64,000 nucleotides of DNA from positions 479,545 through 543,544 of the forward strand of contig NMRA01000144.1 of the NCBI GenBank assembly GCA_002633005.1, given 5' to 3'. Below are positions 13,901 through 27,536 of this stretch, piece after piece. The DNA is from Phoronis australis. Taxonomy: Eukaryota > Animalia > Phoronida. The notes under the pieces were generated by a model. The model was not told where the DNA came from, ran no database searches, and saw only the letters and a list, made by a program, of their open reading frames with translations. Both the position numbers and the translations under genes were made by a program. Numbering within the stretch: the first letter of the stretch is position 1; every line of letters begins with the position of its first letter.

Positions 13901-16900
13901 TAAACTTGATTTGGCAAATAACAAATAACAGTCGGATTCACACGAGTTGTTTTATATTTGCCAGGTATATGCCGAGAAGTGTAAAAATCCATCTCGCATA
14001 CGTTGGAAATTCCAGGTCACATTTTGTGACTTGATACGAGCTGGCAAAAATGTGAGCTTGTATTTCCAAATTTCAGGTCACAAACGTGACCTGTAGCTCG
14101 TTATGTCGAGCCCTGCTCAGAGACTTCTTGTCTCCTTAGATGGGATGTTGATTACTACAACTAGTGGCGGAAACTCTGGTCACTTGGGATCTCGTTTGTC
14201 TAGCAACTTTGTCATCTCTCTCATCCCTTGTTGATGATAATTTGATAGTAACGACAATATAAACAGAAAAATGAGTTCCCATGTGATCGGAGTTCCAGTC
14301 ACTAGTAGTATTCAACATAATCCCATCGAAGACAACCTAGGAATTGGGTTAACAGACCAGATTCAAATAACAATAGTATGCATTTATTGGATGGCTCAGT
14401 AACTACATTATACTACTGTGGTTCGTAGTTTTATGCGTCCAGATATTCATATGTACATCGGGAGCAAGTTTTCGGATATACAGAATTGATTGAACACACG
14501 ACACTTTTCATTGTTCACAGTCTTATTCTGTTACGTTCATATCTTCAAAATAAAACTCTACTCTCAACGGAACATAAAGTAACTGACCCAGCGACATAAT
14601 TAAAAGGCACACGATATTTCGAAACATACTTGTTTCATTCTCAAGTGAAGATAAAATGACGCAGTAATGCCACCACAAAGCATAAGCTGGTGACACACAC
14701 ACTGGGACATATGTTCCGTTGAGAGTAGAGTTTTATTCCAAAGATATGAACATAACAGAATAAAGACTGTGAGCAATGAAAAGTGTCATGTGTTCAATCA
14801 ATTCTGTATATGCATATTGCCATCATCTCTGTCTGGGTGTTTGGTGTCCACTGCTGTATTATTCTCCTAAATCCCCTGTAAGATCTTCGTGAAATTTTGG
14901 AAAATGTTTTTCTGTGAATGGGTCAACACATGATGACATCTTTCGGACAGATTTAACTACTGTTGTTCCCCCTAGTGACGATTTTATTTCTTAAGTTCAC
15001 CTCTGTGCCTTCTGAATTCCTTCACAGATTTTTATGAAGCTTGAAAATTAGGGTCATGTTACTGGTTTGTTACAGGTGAGAGACCTTTCTCCTGTGATGT
15101 ATGCCCTGCTTCATTCACAACCAATGGCAACTTGTCACGACATCTGAGAATGCACTCCTTCAAACAACGGACAGCATCTCCAAACAAGCTCAAAAAACAG
15201 GCCAGTCCACATGTTAAGTCTGCCTCAGTGATCAGCCAGAGCATGGCATCTGTTGCAAAAGTGCAGTCGACAGTATCCACTAAAGCCAGCTCAAAACGGT
15301 CTCCAGTATCGCTGCTCCCGAAGCAGGTTCCATCATCAGCAGCAGTGCAGCAGAAATCCATTATCCTTACTGCTCAGAGGCTACCAGTTCCAACATCTGT
15401 AACACCTGTGACAATGAGACAAAGACAAGCAACATCTTTGTTAACTGGGATTACCGCTACTCAACGTGTTCAGAGTGGACCTGCAAGACCAAGGATGGCG
15501 CTAGTGCGGGCGTCAGCACCAGCCAATGCGACACAGGTCAAGGGGTTCATTCGTGTGCCTGGCTCTCTTCCCATCATGATTGTCAATCAGGTCACGCCTC
15601 AGAAGTCAAGTCCAGCAAAGGAAGAAGCCACATCAGGTTGGGTGGCACACTTGTTTACGTACTACAGTTTATAAAAAACTGCATTTTGCTTTAAGGCAAA
15701 ATTTTGCATTCTTTTTGTTTGATTATCAACTTTTTAAGAGACCATAATAAGGCAGAAGTCAAAACTTTCCAACCCTGTAAAATAGTCTCCGTACAATCCA
15801 TATAGTTGCTAATGTCAACTCTAGGGGTAATTGTATACAACTTTTTTCTTCTTTTGTTGAGCAGCTAAGGCGAGTACGAAAAACAGACGAGCCAGTGGTG
15901 ACAATGATGATGACTGGGATCCAAGTATGTCTGAGGAAAGTCTTAGTCGCAGGCAGCGACTACGGCGCTACTGGCGTGTAAAACAACGAGAGAACAAGAA
16001 AGCTGGTGATGTCCCACTTAAATCATGCGATGTGAAGAAACCTACCTCCAGTGGCCACTCTGCAGTTACTCCACTCGGAAGAACTCGATCAAGCCCCAGG
16101 CCAAAGTCCCGAGAGTTTGTCAACAGGGAAACTGTGTCTGCCAAAGAACGACGTCTTCGAAAGCGCCACACATCCAGCAGCAGTGTGCGAGGGATCAAGC
16201 GAGAACTCGGCGCCGACTCAGACAGTAGAGATTCGGCGTCACCAATCATTAACAAGCAGTTGGCGACGGTCAATGAGTATCACCTGGGCAAGGTGTCACC
16301 ATCCAAGAGACAGCTGCAGAGACAGGCTGCGGCCAAGTTAGACTTCATTAAGAAGGCTGAGTTGCAGGTAGCGATAGCCACCTTTGTTGCATGATGACTC
16401 TGGGATTTTTCGCGTGATGAGAATGTCTTTGAATTGTCCACAGACCAAGACTGAATAATTTTTTGAGTTTCTAGTTGCAAAAATTGTTTTGTGTGCTGTC
16501 AGTAGGTGATGTTGCGTGAGAAGGTTAGTGCTCTTATATGTGTTTATCCCATGACAAGTTTTTGTTGACTACACAAACTGAAGAGCTATAATTCAAACTG
16601 TTCATAAAGACAGCAATCAATACCTATAACCTCAAAATTGGATTAAACTTGTTTTTGTCAATAAGGTCTTCAGTATTGGTCATTCTAGAAAGCTTGTTCA
16701 AATTTCAGTACCATGCTGGAGAAAATAGAATCTCAATCCCTTAGTAATGAAATATTGGTCCAAAGGGCTCTATGCAGGCATGGCAAAGACATTGACTGTT
16801 GTGCCGTGATCAGAGTATAGTATTATACCGTGTCTAAGGTAACTCATTAGTTATAATACCCCGAGGCAGTTCAATTTATATTTGTCAAGGAATTAAAAAA

Positions 16901-19900
16901 GATCTATTTGAATGTGATGCATGTCTAATTAAAACATAGTTTTGACATTTTGTGGGAAAGCAATAGAATGCTTGCTATGACTTCATTGCAGATGGAGGAG
17001 ACACCACTGCCTTACCATGACCCCCTGCTGCCATTCCAGTGCCCCGTGTGTAACAAGACATTCCTGAGTCAATTCGGTCTCGACTCGCACCTGGTGTCGC
17101 ACCCTAACACAGCCATCCGGTGTCTTGAGTGTCGTCTGACCTTCCGTACACCACGTGGACTCAACATGCACAAATACATGGTGCACAACACTCAGAAGCC
17201 AGACACACCGACAACAGAGGGCGCCGATCAGGCAAACGGACTGCTCTCACCTCAGGGCTTCAGCGATTTGAACTTCATGGACTTCTCATCCCGCAAGTTC
17301 CCTTTTGTGGCCAAGACATGGTGTGAGAAGAACTCACGCAAGTCCAGCAGTGTCTACCACCAGTTCCACTGTGTCAGGTGTCAGAAGTCCTTCCCTTGTG
17401 TCAGTGCTTATGAGCTGCACAGTCACAAGACAAAGACCAGCTGTAGTGTGTGTGGACTTGATTTCATGACTAATGCTGCCATGAAATGTCACCAGTTGAG
17501 TCATCCGCCTTCAAGCGTGGTAAACACAGCTGGAGATAATATTGAGAAAGACCAGTTTTTGAGTGTACTCAGTCTTCAGTCTTCTGAGCTCAAGTTGGAC
17601 AAGGAGAATGCCGAAGAACATTCACGTAAACGTATGAAGCAAGACAATAACTATTTCACAAAGCTTGATGAGAACAATCCAGAAAGAAATAACGTAACTG
17701 TAAACCTGTTTCAAGGCCAGAACACTGTTGCTCTCATTCCAGTGTCTGTGAATTCGGGAGGTGTACTCGGTCCCAGGGTGGAGAAGAGTGTCTTATTACT
17801 AGCGACCCCTGTCCCTGGATACAAAAATCCATGTTTGGTCTACACTAAGCCATCTGCTGTGGCTACTGCTGTCCCTGCACATGGAGACACTCTGCCTAAG
17901 CCAGTTGCACCTGCTGAGAAGGCAAACATTCCAACAATAAGAGAGACATGTACTCCGCTGAAAACTGCTGTGAAGCCCAGTGACTTCCAATATACCACTG
18001 ACTTATCCGACATCAACACAATCTTGCAGGTGGCCAGCACTAGTGGTGGTATCCCTCCATTTTCTACCGATGGGCCAGTGTCGAGGGGTCCTGCAACAAG
18101 CCTCACTGCGTCCCATGCCACTTGTCCCCCTGAGACATGGAAGCCTGGCATGGTTCTTCAGAAAAGCAGTGCTATGAACAAGTGTCCCATTTGTCATCAG
18201 ATGTTTGAGAAAATAAAAGGTAAACAACATTCATTATTTGTTTTGAACATTTATTGAAGCTATAACCAGTGGTTTTGAAACGAAAATTGATGAGTATATT
18301 CTCGTTGAAAAATCAACAAAATCTCATTGTTAACATTTTTAGCCAATTCTCTTATCACTTTCTTTTTTGTGGATTTCCTTCACAATTTGCTCCACATATC
18401 CTCAACAAAGTATTTTCCTATATATTCAAAACAGGTGCACTTGAAAGTTTACTGAAACGATTGACGCATTTTAGAAAAACCAAGGGACATGGCTATACCC
18501 TGGTTATAAAAATATTCTCCCTGTTGCATAATATTGTTTTACTAGTAATGTCGAATTTGTGCTCAAAAGTGGTACTGCTTAGTACTAGTATTTAAATGCA
18601 GTGAAACAATATGTACATATTACTTTGTTTTCCAGAGCACATGGAATCGCATGTAGTGTCCTACCAGTGTTGCTACTGTGATTTCACCACACAGAAAAGC
18701 ATTATGATGACTAATCATCTCAAAATGAGGCATGCTTACAAGCCATACGAGTGCACGAAGTGTGGAGAGGCCTTTCACACCAGGCAGAAGTGCGACCGCC
18801 ACTTTAGGTAACTGAAAATGATTGTTTAATTTCGATCAAGAAATAATTCTTCAGTTCATGGGGTGCTTGGTCTGTGGCTGTCATGTAGTGCAACATGATA
18901 ATGGACAGGTCCCTCAGTGCCTTGATTTTTAACTAATGATGGCCTCATTCCCCTCTGAAAAACATTTGCATTCAAAAGTGATACAAAATTCCTTTTTATG
19001 CCCAAAAATTTGCCTCAAATAGTAGAAACCCCGTTAATGTTAGAATCACTTTCGACTCGCGTAGAGTGATTGGCATCAGAAGACATCATTAATGGAAAAG
19101 TCCCCACTTCACTTCATGGTGATGCTTTACTGTGCAAAACAGGATCTGGACTGGTTTATTGCAACTACTTAACACCCCTACTTTTTGGGCTTGTCCAATT
19201 ACTGGAAAAAATACGAGGCCTGATGGGTGATCTACTCTAAGGAGTGTATATTAGGAAACACTTTGAAACCAGTGAAGGGTATTAGTTCTGGTTTCTTTAG
19301 GCATTGACCGACTCAGGGCAGTCAGGGGGATGACCTGAAGCGGCAGAATTGGTGATGATGGGTGGAGTTGGTGGTGACGGGTGAAGTTGGCGGTGGGCGT
19401 ATTTTCTTCATTAATAAATAGTCTCCCCATATCAGAATGACCATTCTTACTCAAGACCAAACCAAATTTTCGAACAGTTATCATTTTCATTTGAGCAAGC
19501 TTTCTTTTCTTAAATGATAATATTATTTGTTAGTATTGAGTGAATGCTTTTGAGAGTATAGACTTTTGAATGTGATTGCTTGTAAAGTAATTGGATTCAT
19601 TTGTACACATGCACCTTTTGTTGTGACACTTCAAATTTCACCTCAGGTTCCATCATGCCGACCACTTCAAGAACACTTTAATTACATTCACGTTCAGACC
19701 CAAGATGCATTCACCTGGTGGTGATGCGACTCCCACCGTCTGCCGTACATGTGGCCTTGCATCCAAGACTGTGCTCTCGCACAAACAGCATCTCAGCGAG
19801 TGCGGCAGGCTTTACTTTGCTTGTTCCTCATGCGATGCAATATTTCGCATGGCGGAGATCTGCCGAAAGCACTACATGACCCAACATACTTCTTGTGTTG

Positions 19901-22900
19901 CCATTGATTCATATAGTGCCATGAGGGTGATGCGAGGACCACCGTCTGGTCCCCAGCTTGTGTCGTCCATCTTAAAAAACTTGGAAGTTAAGCCGGTCTA
20001 TGCAGCAGGTGTGTCAACTGAGAAGAGTACATTGTCAAAATGTAATGATAGTTCAAAGGATAAAAAGCTTGACATGTGCCCACCTGATGCTCCATCTGTT
20101 GGTTTGGACAGTGGAACTGCTTCACTTGGCAAGAAGAAAACCTTGACAAGGTTGTCACCGAAAAAGCGTAAAAAAGTCTTGAGCAGAAAAAGAAGAAGAA
20201 AGGTATAATTGTGGGAAATCATTAGGTTTCCTGGCAACCAAGTTGCTATGACATTCACTATATGTACTCTATTTCAGTATTACTGTTGACATTTCTGTAA
20301 TGCAGGTGGTAGAGCAGGTAATCTAACCCTAAGGTTTTTATAGGGCCTAGAAAAATATCGAAATTTGGCTAACTTCGGAACATCTTATCTCAGAAATGGC
20401 TAATCGAATTCATGAGACATTCAGATGTTGTTATTTGAACACTGGTCTCCTTTGTTCTTAAAATGTTCCACTTTCGCATGAGGAGCTATCAAAGTAGGAC
20501 TTGTGTGATTTTTGTGAAAAAAAAATCAAAAGTTATATAAAACGGGAATGAAATTATAATTCAGAAAACTTTAACAGCATTTTTGAGATTTCGTCTTAAA
20601 CATTTATATCAAACAAAGTTTGGTCATGTAATTGATACCATTATTTTGCTATGATTGTATCTTTCTTTTTGCTAAATTTAACTTAAAAGATACCCAATTA
20701 AAGGCAGATTGGCTTTAAGTCAAAAATCGAATGATACAGATTTTCCACTTTCAGAAAATGTGTACTTTTACTGTGTTAAAATCTTTGGAAATATAGATAT
20801 TTGGCTAAATGCGCATAACTTGTAAAGGTTCAAAGTTGTAATTATTGCCCTTAGTAAAGCAATGATTTGCAGGTGTTTCTCACTGCTTGTTTCTACTTAT
20901 CGAGCATAATATTTCAGTTTGTTACCTTGTTTTTTTAGCAAGAGTTGCCGCACTGCAACAAGAGAGGAATCTCTTGTTCACCTGCAGATTATGACAACTT
21001 CAAGGACCCAAACACGGGTCATTACAAGTGTCCAGAGTGCAGCAAGCAGTTCAAACTGGCTGCAGTGGTAAGAATTATCTGTAACAGTGATAGTTGTGAA
21101 TGTGTGTAGTGTTGTCTATTTTGTTAAATTATTATTTGGTACAGTTTTGGTTGGTGTGATTTCTTGCCACTCTGATGCTATCATGAGCATAAACCTCAGA
21201 ACTGAACTTTTTGGTTAAAAAGCTTTAAAAGAAAATCTGACAAATGCTTTGGCAGCTAACTGAATAAAGAAACAGAATTAAAAGCTTTGTGTGATAATTT
21301 TTTTGTTTGGAAATTTGACAAGCTCTGCAAAAACATGTTTTTTTTTCAGAAAAATGCACTAAATTAATTTAATAATGAATATATCAACATTTTTGCATTA
21401 CATAATACTATTTTGTGATCATCAATTATTTTAAAATTGTGTTATTGGTTTACCATTAACACTTCAAAGTTATTTAAGAAATTTAATACTTGGCAACGAA
21501 GGCTTCCCATAACCTCAAAGTACTCTTCTAGGTTAATGAGGAATTCATCATTTCAGCTACGCTTTCACCGGAAGTTTCACTCGCCTTCCAAGAAGAGGGA
21601 GTGTGCAAAGTCACCAGGCAATAGTTTTGGTGAGATTTTACTGAACTTTATAGTACTTGTGTGGTATGAACAGTAGTTTTGGTGAGATTTTACTGAACTT
21701 TATAGTACCTTGTAATATGAACAGTAGTCACAATGAGATCTTACTGGACTTTACAGTACTTGTGTAATATGAAGAGTAGTCTTTGTGGGATTTTATTGGA
21801 CTTTACAGTACTTTGGTTTTGTCATAAAGCACATTGTGATGTTGATAGAGATGTAATTCTGTGGTGAAATGAGTGCTAGCACAGAATGCATTTGCCTGAG
21901 TCAATTTCCAGCATCAGATAACATTTGAATCAAAATACCTTATAAATGGTTACTTGTGAGTCATAGGAGAACTGGTCGTTTGTTAGTCCTCAAAGTAAAG
22001 TCAGTAAGTTGCAAGTCCTGATGAATGCAAATAACTTCACTAAAACCAGCTTCAGCTAACAAATTTACAACGTGCACAAAGAATCAGTCTTTGGTTCAAA
22101 ATTTAATTTCTGGACTAATCAGACCCAGGGTTGAATCTTTCTCCTCGAAATCAAACGCAAATTTACTTTTGCCCTTTTCCGTCCGGCTTTAACACAATTT
22201 AAAGACAAGTCCATTATTCTAAGGTCAAGTACATTATAGCTTTCTCAGATAAGTTTGTGGTCCAAGTTTGCACTTGAAGAAAGTCAAGTGAAAGCTGGAA
22301 ATTTTGAGTTCTTCCACGTAAACCACCAACCACAACATATTCATAATTGTAAAGTACCGAGACTAGACCCAGGCGCTGTTTGTTACATGATGTCAAACGT
22401 AACTCAGTTTAACATTGGCAATGTTAGCAAGTTTGTATAAAACTATTTGATGTCCTTTCTTGAAATTTTTGTTTGTTGGTATTGCAGTATGCAGATCTAT
22501 GAACAACAACGTCTTCAACTGCTAACAAACATTTTAGATGCTTTTCATGATTGGCAGTCATTGTGGAAAACCTGGAAATAATGTACATGCTTGGAAATTT
22601 TGGAAATTTTGGCAATGCAACTAAAAGAAACTTCGTTCAGTAGCAATTCAGATCCTGTGTTTGCACAATTCAGTTGTCACAGTCATTAGGATTTGGGGAG
22701 AATATTACTTGACGTAAAAAAGAAGAAAATTTTGTCTTGTGAAACTTAGGAAAGTGAAAACACAATTCTAGTGAGAACCATGAGAACTGAAAAAAACAAG
22801 TGGACTATTGCCAGAAAAAATCACGGGTGAAACAAGAAATTTGTCTTTGTATGCCTATGAGAAAGTCTAGAATACTGTAGCATAATTATATCTCCTGTGC

Positions 22901-25900
22901 AGGGTCTGACTCTAGTGGCGACCTGGCCTCTGTCAGTCGACTGCTGAGCACAGTGAATAGTCTGACATCCAGTCTAACACCCTTCCTGGACGATAGCAAT
23001 GATAGTGTTCTACAGAAGGTGGAGGTGCCAACCCCGCAGAATATTGGTTAGTATCCCTTGTGATGTTTACGCATGATACTTTATCAGGGCTTCCTTTTGC
23101 TGTGTGCCTCATATCATTGACACATTAATTTCTTTTTGGTGTGTTGGTGACTAGTCATTGTATCAGTTACTGATTCACAATTTCAGGCTCGATACTCAAT
23201 GGACAAATTGACCAGTAGCAGTTCTTTCCTTAACTGATTGTGGTGCATTATGTATCATATCTTTACCAGTAAAGTTTGAAATTCAGTAAATTTTAGATCA
23301 GCAGTGGTCTTGAAGCTTAGAGTAACGTTGTATTTGCCAAGCGTGACTTGGCAAAATTTCCCGTTCACAAAATGGGAAATGAGCTCGCCAAAATAAGGGA
23401 ATCTTGTCCTGTCTTCCGCAAACAACACATAGTTGGCAACTGGTGAAAGTGAAGAACATGGAGCGTATGAATTGATTAATTAGGCAACTGACTGAGTGTC
23501 TGGCGAAACACCCAAGTTCANAAATTAAGAAAAGCTGTAATTAAGTGGAAAATATGTCTAGGATAACCAACCAACATTATTTTAGCTCAAAATGACATGA
23601 AAAAAGGTTGCCTTCGCCTTTAACTGATTGTGGTGCATTATGTATCATATCTTTACCAGTAAAGTTTGAAATTCAGTAAATTTTAGATCAGCAGTGGTCT
23701 TGAAGCTTAGCGTAACGTTGTATTTGCCAAGCGTGACTTGGCAAAATTTCCCGTTCACAAAATGGGAAATGAGCTCGCCAAAATAAGGGAATCTTGTCCT
23801 GTCTTCCGCAAACAACACATAGTTGGCAACTGGTGAAAGTGAAGAACATGGAGCGTATGAATTGATTAATTAGGCAACTGACTGAGTGTCTGGCGAAACA
23901 CCCAAGTTCACCCAGGCAGTATTTTAATTTGTTTCTTTTTTCTTACGGAAAATCAGTATATCGTCTAGCCGGTGATGACAAATTGCTCCCTCGGACCCAA
24001 TATCGTGGGCATGGATGCAATATCTTGCACACGCTCGGCTCCTACTTAAGGAAGTAGTAATTGATCAGGACATGCTTTCTGTATGTAACAGGGCACATTT
24101 TCAAGTAATCAAGTGTTGATCATTTGGAGGTTTATTGCACCAATTGTGACAGCCAATCAATTGGACTAGGTGCGACACACCGACTAGTTCTGTCCAGGTG
24201 AACACTTATCTGGCATTGGTTAACCTCTCACAAAACGTCTTGCACATTCAATGATCAAAACTAGAATATACAATGTTACACAATAAACATATTTAAATTT
24301 TGACAAAATGTTCATTTGTTTTCCGAAGTAACTGATGACTTGTTGCTGCTACTAATAGTAATTTTAAACAACTTAAACATAAAAATCTGCAATATTTCAA
24401 AGTGCTAAGAATGTATGCCTAATTTTCAAATGGTTTATTGTTATTTTTCATCTGTTTCCGTTCTTGATTATTATGGTAAAGTTAATTATTGTAGTGCCCT
24501 CTAGTGCCAATTTATTTTTTTGTGTCTGCTGCTCTTTTCTTGTGAATCCACAATTTTCGTTTCTTATTTATTCTGTGCCATGTAGAAGCTTTCCATTTGT
24601 AGCGCAGTCATGAGAGCATTTCAATGCTTCTCACTGCTGATTTTAATTTTAGGTTTTGGTATAACAAAATAGGATTAGCAACAGCAAATTGAATCTTGGT
24701 CATTCAAACATTGCGTTAACATGTCAAGCCGAAAACAGTTCAATTTGGTGTTGATAATCCTCCTGATCCAGCCTTGATGCACAAGCCTTATGTGTATCAT
24801 TCTATAACCAGCTTTACTTTTATGTAATCTTGTACTTAAATTTTCTTTGATGTTCCATTATTTATTCTTCCCCAAATGACTATGTGTAAAATAAGTAATT
24901 CTAGATATTTTTTTGTTACAAATTTGTTAATTGTATTCGTATTGCAGACGCCAAAAACAGCGAGTGTCCGGAATGTAAGCAGAAGTTTGACAATAGCGCG
25001 GCCATGATTAATCATGCACTCAACAGGCACATGCTCATTGTTGGCACCAGCAACAAAGTGAAATCATCAGTTTACAAGTGCGAATACTGCACCACGGAAA
25101 CTACATACTCTCTCCCAGGTACACACAGCATTTGAGTTGATCATAATTTATCATAAAAGGTATATCGACCAGTTCTATGAATGTGAACGGTGTGATATGT
25201 ATGATTCAAATGGCTGATAAGAATTCGTATTGCCGGTCGATATTATTTTTCATTTATAATCATGCATGATCATTTATCTGCATTCTTATCACTGAGTTGT
25301 GTGATATATGATCAAAAGAGGTCTTTTCTGAATGGAGATTGGACTAATATCTGACTGATTATCATTTATTATTATCCTGATATGAATTGATATTGGCTAG
25401 AGTGGGGGTGTATTAGTCTAGTAGATGTTTTGAAGGCACCTTAAAATATGTAGTCAGATTATGCATATACTACTTGAATATTGTTTTTGAAGGTTCCTCA
25501 TTTTTTTACCATGCTGTGTGAAGTGTGGGACATACTGTGCTCTCCAAAAGTAGTGCTCTCCAAAAGTAGTCTGGACAAAGTACTGTTTTTCCCATAACAG
25601 CGGTTCATTGTAGCTGCTCTGATGATGAATCATGTTTGCACTCAACCGTCATGATTGGGGAATTCCACTTGCATTCAACTATCTTGATGGGGAATTCCAC
25701 TTGCACTCAACTGTCTTGATGGGGAATTCCACTGTCTCGCACTCAACTGTCATGTCAAACTAATGATTGAAGTTTGAGGTTTCTGTTACAGATGACAGCC
25801 TAATTTTTGGTCAGATGTGTTTGTTGTTGTGCCGTGTAGTGGCAATTACATTTTTGATGTCCACATTGCCTTCTACAAAAATGCTTGATCAAAATGTTCA

Positions 25901-27536
25901 TGGAATTAAATTCTTGGATGACTTGCTTTTTGGTCCTGAGAGGCTGTTTGAAGTTTACTGTTTTTGCTCCCTCTAGTGAAAATATTGAAAACAATGATCA
26001 TTGCTTGTATCTGAGCTGTATGTGATGCACTTCATTCAATGGCCTGCGTTGCCCTTGTCTCAAATTAATTGTGAACTTGTCTTATGTTATAGCCAACTTA
26101 TTTGCTCACCTCCAGAAAGAACACTCAGACACCATAAAGAACCTTGCCAATACTACCTCAGCTGATGGAGAGGTATATATTTAAGCGCTCTTCAAATTAG
26201 AGGTACATTCATATTCGTAGTCACTTAACGTTGCCGTTACGTTGGCACATTCTCTTCTGCTCACTTTGTTTTCTTCCTGTGGTCTGCTTCTTGTTCGGAA
26301 CTGTCTGTTGCACTTCTGTGGATGACGCTTTCATTTTAAAGAATTCTCAACTAAAGGAGTTTGTTTTACATCGTACACACTATTATAGTACCATTTGACC
26401 TTGAAATGTGTAAAATCATGATGTTCAAGTGTTGTAAAACCAGTTTTGTTTCAAGTTGGAAACCCCCGGCCCCCAATTATACGCTTTACTCACAGTTACA
26501 GTTTATTGTCAGCTTTGTCGGATGTTTTAGATGCCTGTTTTAATCATCAGGTCATTTTGAAACAAGGCAAACACCCATCACGACCTACTTTGTGATGCCT
26601 TTTCCATTTAAAGTATGCCAGGACTTACTTTTAAGGTGATAGAAACAATATAAATACGCTATTTTTCGGAATTTACATTCTTGGGCTTACTATCAGAAAT
26701 TTCCCGATACTTTGTAAATTGTTGTATCTGGAGGAGTACTGTGTTTAATGTAAAAATGCCACAGTTAAAAAGGCACTTGTCATGATTGTTACATAGTAAA
26801 GTCACTGGATGGCTCGCTGTCAACCTGTCAACTATGTCAGTGATACAATGATACTGATAAAACAAGTATGTGTGTTTTATGTATAAAATGGAAATTATCA
26901 CATATCTGTAAACATTTACGTGACCAGTCCTATTATCTCTGTATGTCGAACAAGCACAAGTTAGATTTTAGCTTAATTCTGGCAAACTTCCACGATGTGG
27001 TTGTTCTAGTTTGTGCACGTGGCCCAACAGATAAGTCAGATTTCACCTCACTCATGTGACATCTCTTGGTTCAGTTGGATACTATACTTTCTGCAAGCTC
27101 TACTGTGGCATCAGTTGGTTTGCTTTCAAATGTCATGCTGCTTGTTTAAACTTCAAGGTCATTGCATAGTAATGGAAACTAACCCAGTTGAAGAATCTAA
27201 CCCTTATGAAATCTATGTATCAAGTTATAAATAATTATGTGATGTTCTTTGCATAAATTACTAATCGCCATTTTTCTTGGGATTTCCAATTTTTGTACAT
27301 TGAAAATGTGTATTAAAGTGAATGTGCTGTACTGTCTTTTTTATTTTCCACCCTAGCCTACGTTGATGGAAGGTCTGGGACTGAGACTTGTGGAACATGC
27401 TGTTAAAAACAGATTTTTGTGCACGGGTTATGAATGTAATGAGGAGCGGGTACAAGTGGATACCAAAGATATCAAGACTGAGGCATTTGATGATTCAACA
27501 GTACCTGATACTGATGAGGATACAAAAGGGGAATAG
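7909..27536 (+). CDS. RREB1: Divergent RREB1/hindsight-like C2H2 zinc-finger transcription factor, 16 coding exons, ~1438 aa
   Basis: Phase-consistent exons: 7909-7948, 8827-8894, 10426-10527, 11596-11688, 12421-12637, 15076-15636, 15865-16367, 16992-18219, 18636-18807, 19647-20202, 20939-21067, 21557-21629 (or GC donor at 21617), 22903-23046, 24948-25118, 26093-26172, 27357-27536 (TAG). Total 4317 nt, divisible by 3. RREB1 signatures: [58 protein letters not shown], and repeated DLSDINTIL / DLASVSRLL helices. Several fingers are completed only across the predicted junctions. Confidence 0.88.
9199..10366 (+). repeat. Old interspersed repeat with degenerate internal repeats (possibly a Helentron/HINE-type non-autonomous element)
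   Basis: Recurring CC(A/T)(C/G)TGGTGGC(C/A)A and AAATTTGGCA motifs, a TCTGTCTGT microsatellite near the 5' end, and a 3' GAGC...CATTTCAATGCT motif also seen at ~24600-24630. Confidence 0.4.
11095..11248 (-). mobile_element. Degenerate tRNA-derived SINE 5' portion
   Basis: Minus strand reads GGAGGCAATATGGCCCAGT (A-box-like)...GGATTCAAATACC (B-box-like)...GTCCCTTGAG. It does not fold into an intact cloverleaf. Confidence 0.45.
14481..14806. mobile_element. MITE with ~95-bp imperfect TIRs, TA-flanked, in RREB1-like intron 5
   Basis: ta|CAGAATTGATTGAACAC...CTCTACTCTCAACGGAACATA pairs with TATGTTCCGTTGAGAGTAGAG...GTGTTCAATCAATTCTG|ta. Confidence 0.85.
16992..18219 (+). CDS. RREB1: Largest exon of the RREB1-like gene (zinc fingers plus RREB1-specific DFS..KFP..A..WCE block)
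   Basis: Lies within the 435-aa ORF 16950-18257, bounded by acceptor ttgcag and donor G|gtaaac. Confidence 0.92.
20335..20700 (+). repeat. Interspersed repeat; homologous copy at ~60015-60375
   Basis: Shared blocks TATCTCAGAAATGGCT, GCATGAGGAGCTA...TAGGACTT, TTGGTCA.GT and TTTTTGCTAAA occur in the same order in both copies. Confidence 0.7.
21623..21813 (+). repeat. Minisatellite, ~4 x 51-52 bp, starting at the 3' end of RREB1-like exon 12
   Basis: AGTTTTGGTGAGATTTTACTGAACTTTATAGTACTTGTGTGGTATGAACAGT, decaying rightwards. Confidence 0.85.
23230..23910. other. Duplication around a single N (23230-23520 = 23620-23910), probable scaffolding artefact
   Basis: The 291-bp copies differ at one site I found (23321 a / 23711 c). 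N at 23521. Confidence 0.8.
25636..25753 (+). repeat. Short tandem repeat, ~3.5 x 32 bp (TTGCACTCAACTGTCTTGATGGGGAATTCCAC)
   Basis: Directly visible. Confidence 0.8.

Noticed and set aside
15059-20258. Antisense and alternative-frame ORFs overlapping RREB1-like exons (likewise over GT31 and TRAF7 exons)
   Set aside because: Shadow ORFs of real coding exons with no recognisable motifs.
23230-23910. Recent intronic tandem duplication
   Set aside because: The boundary coincides with a single N, the same artefact signature.
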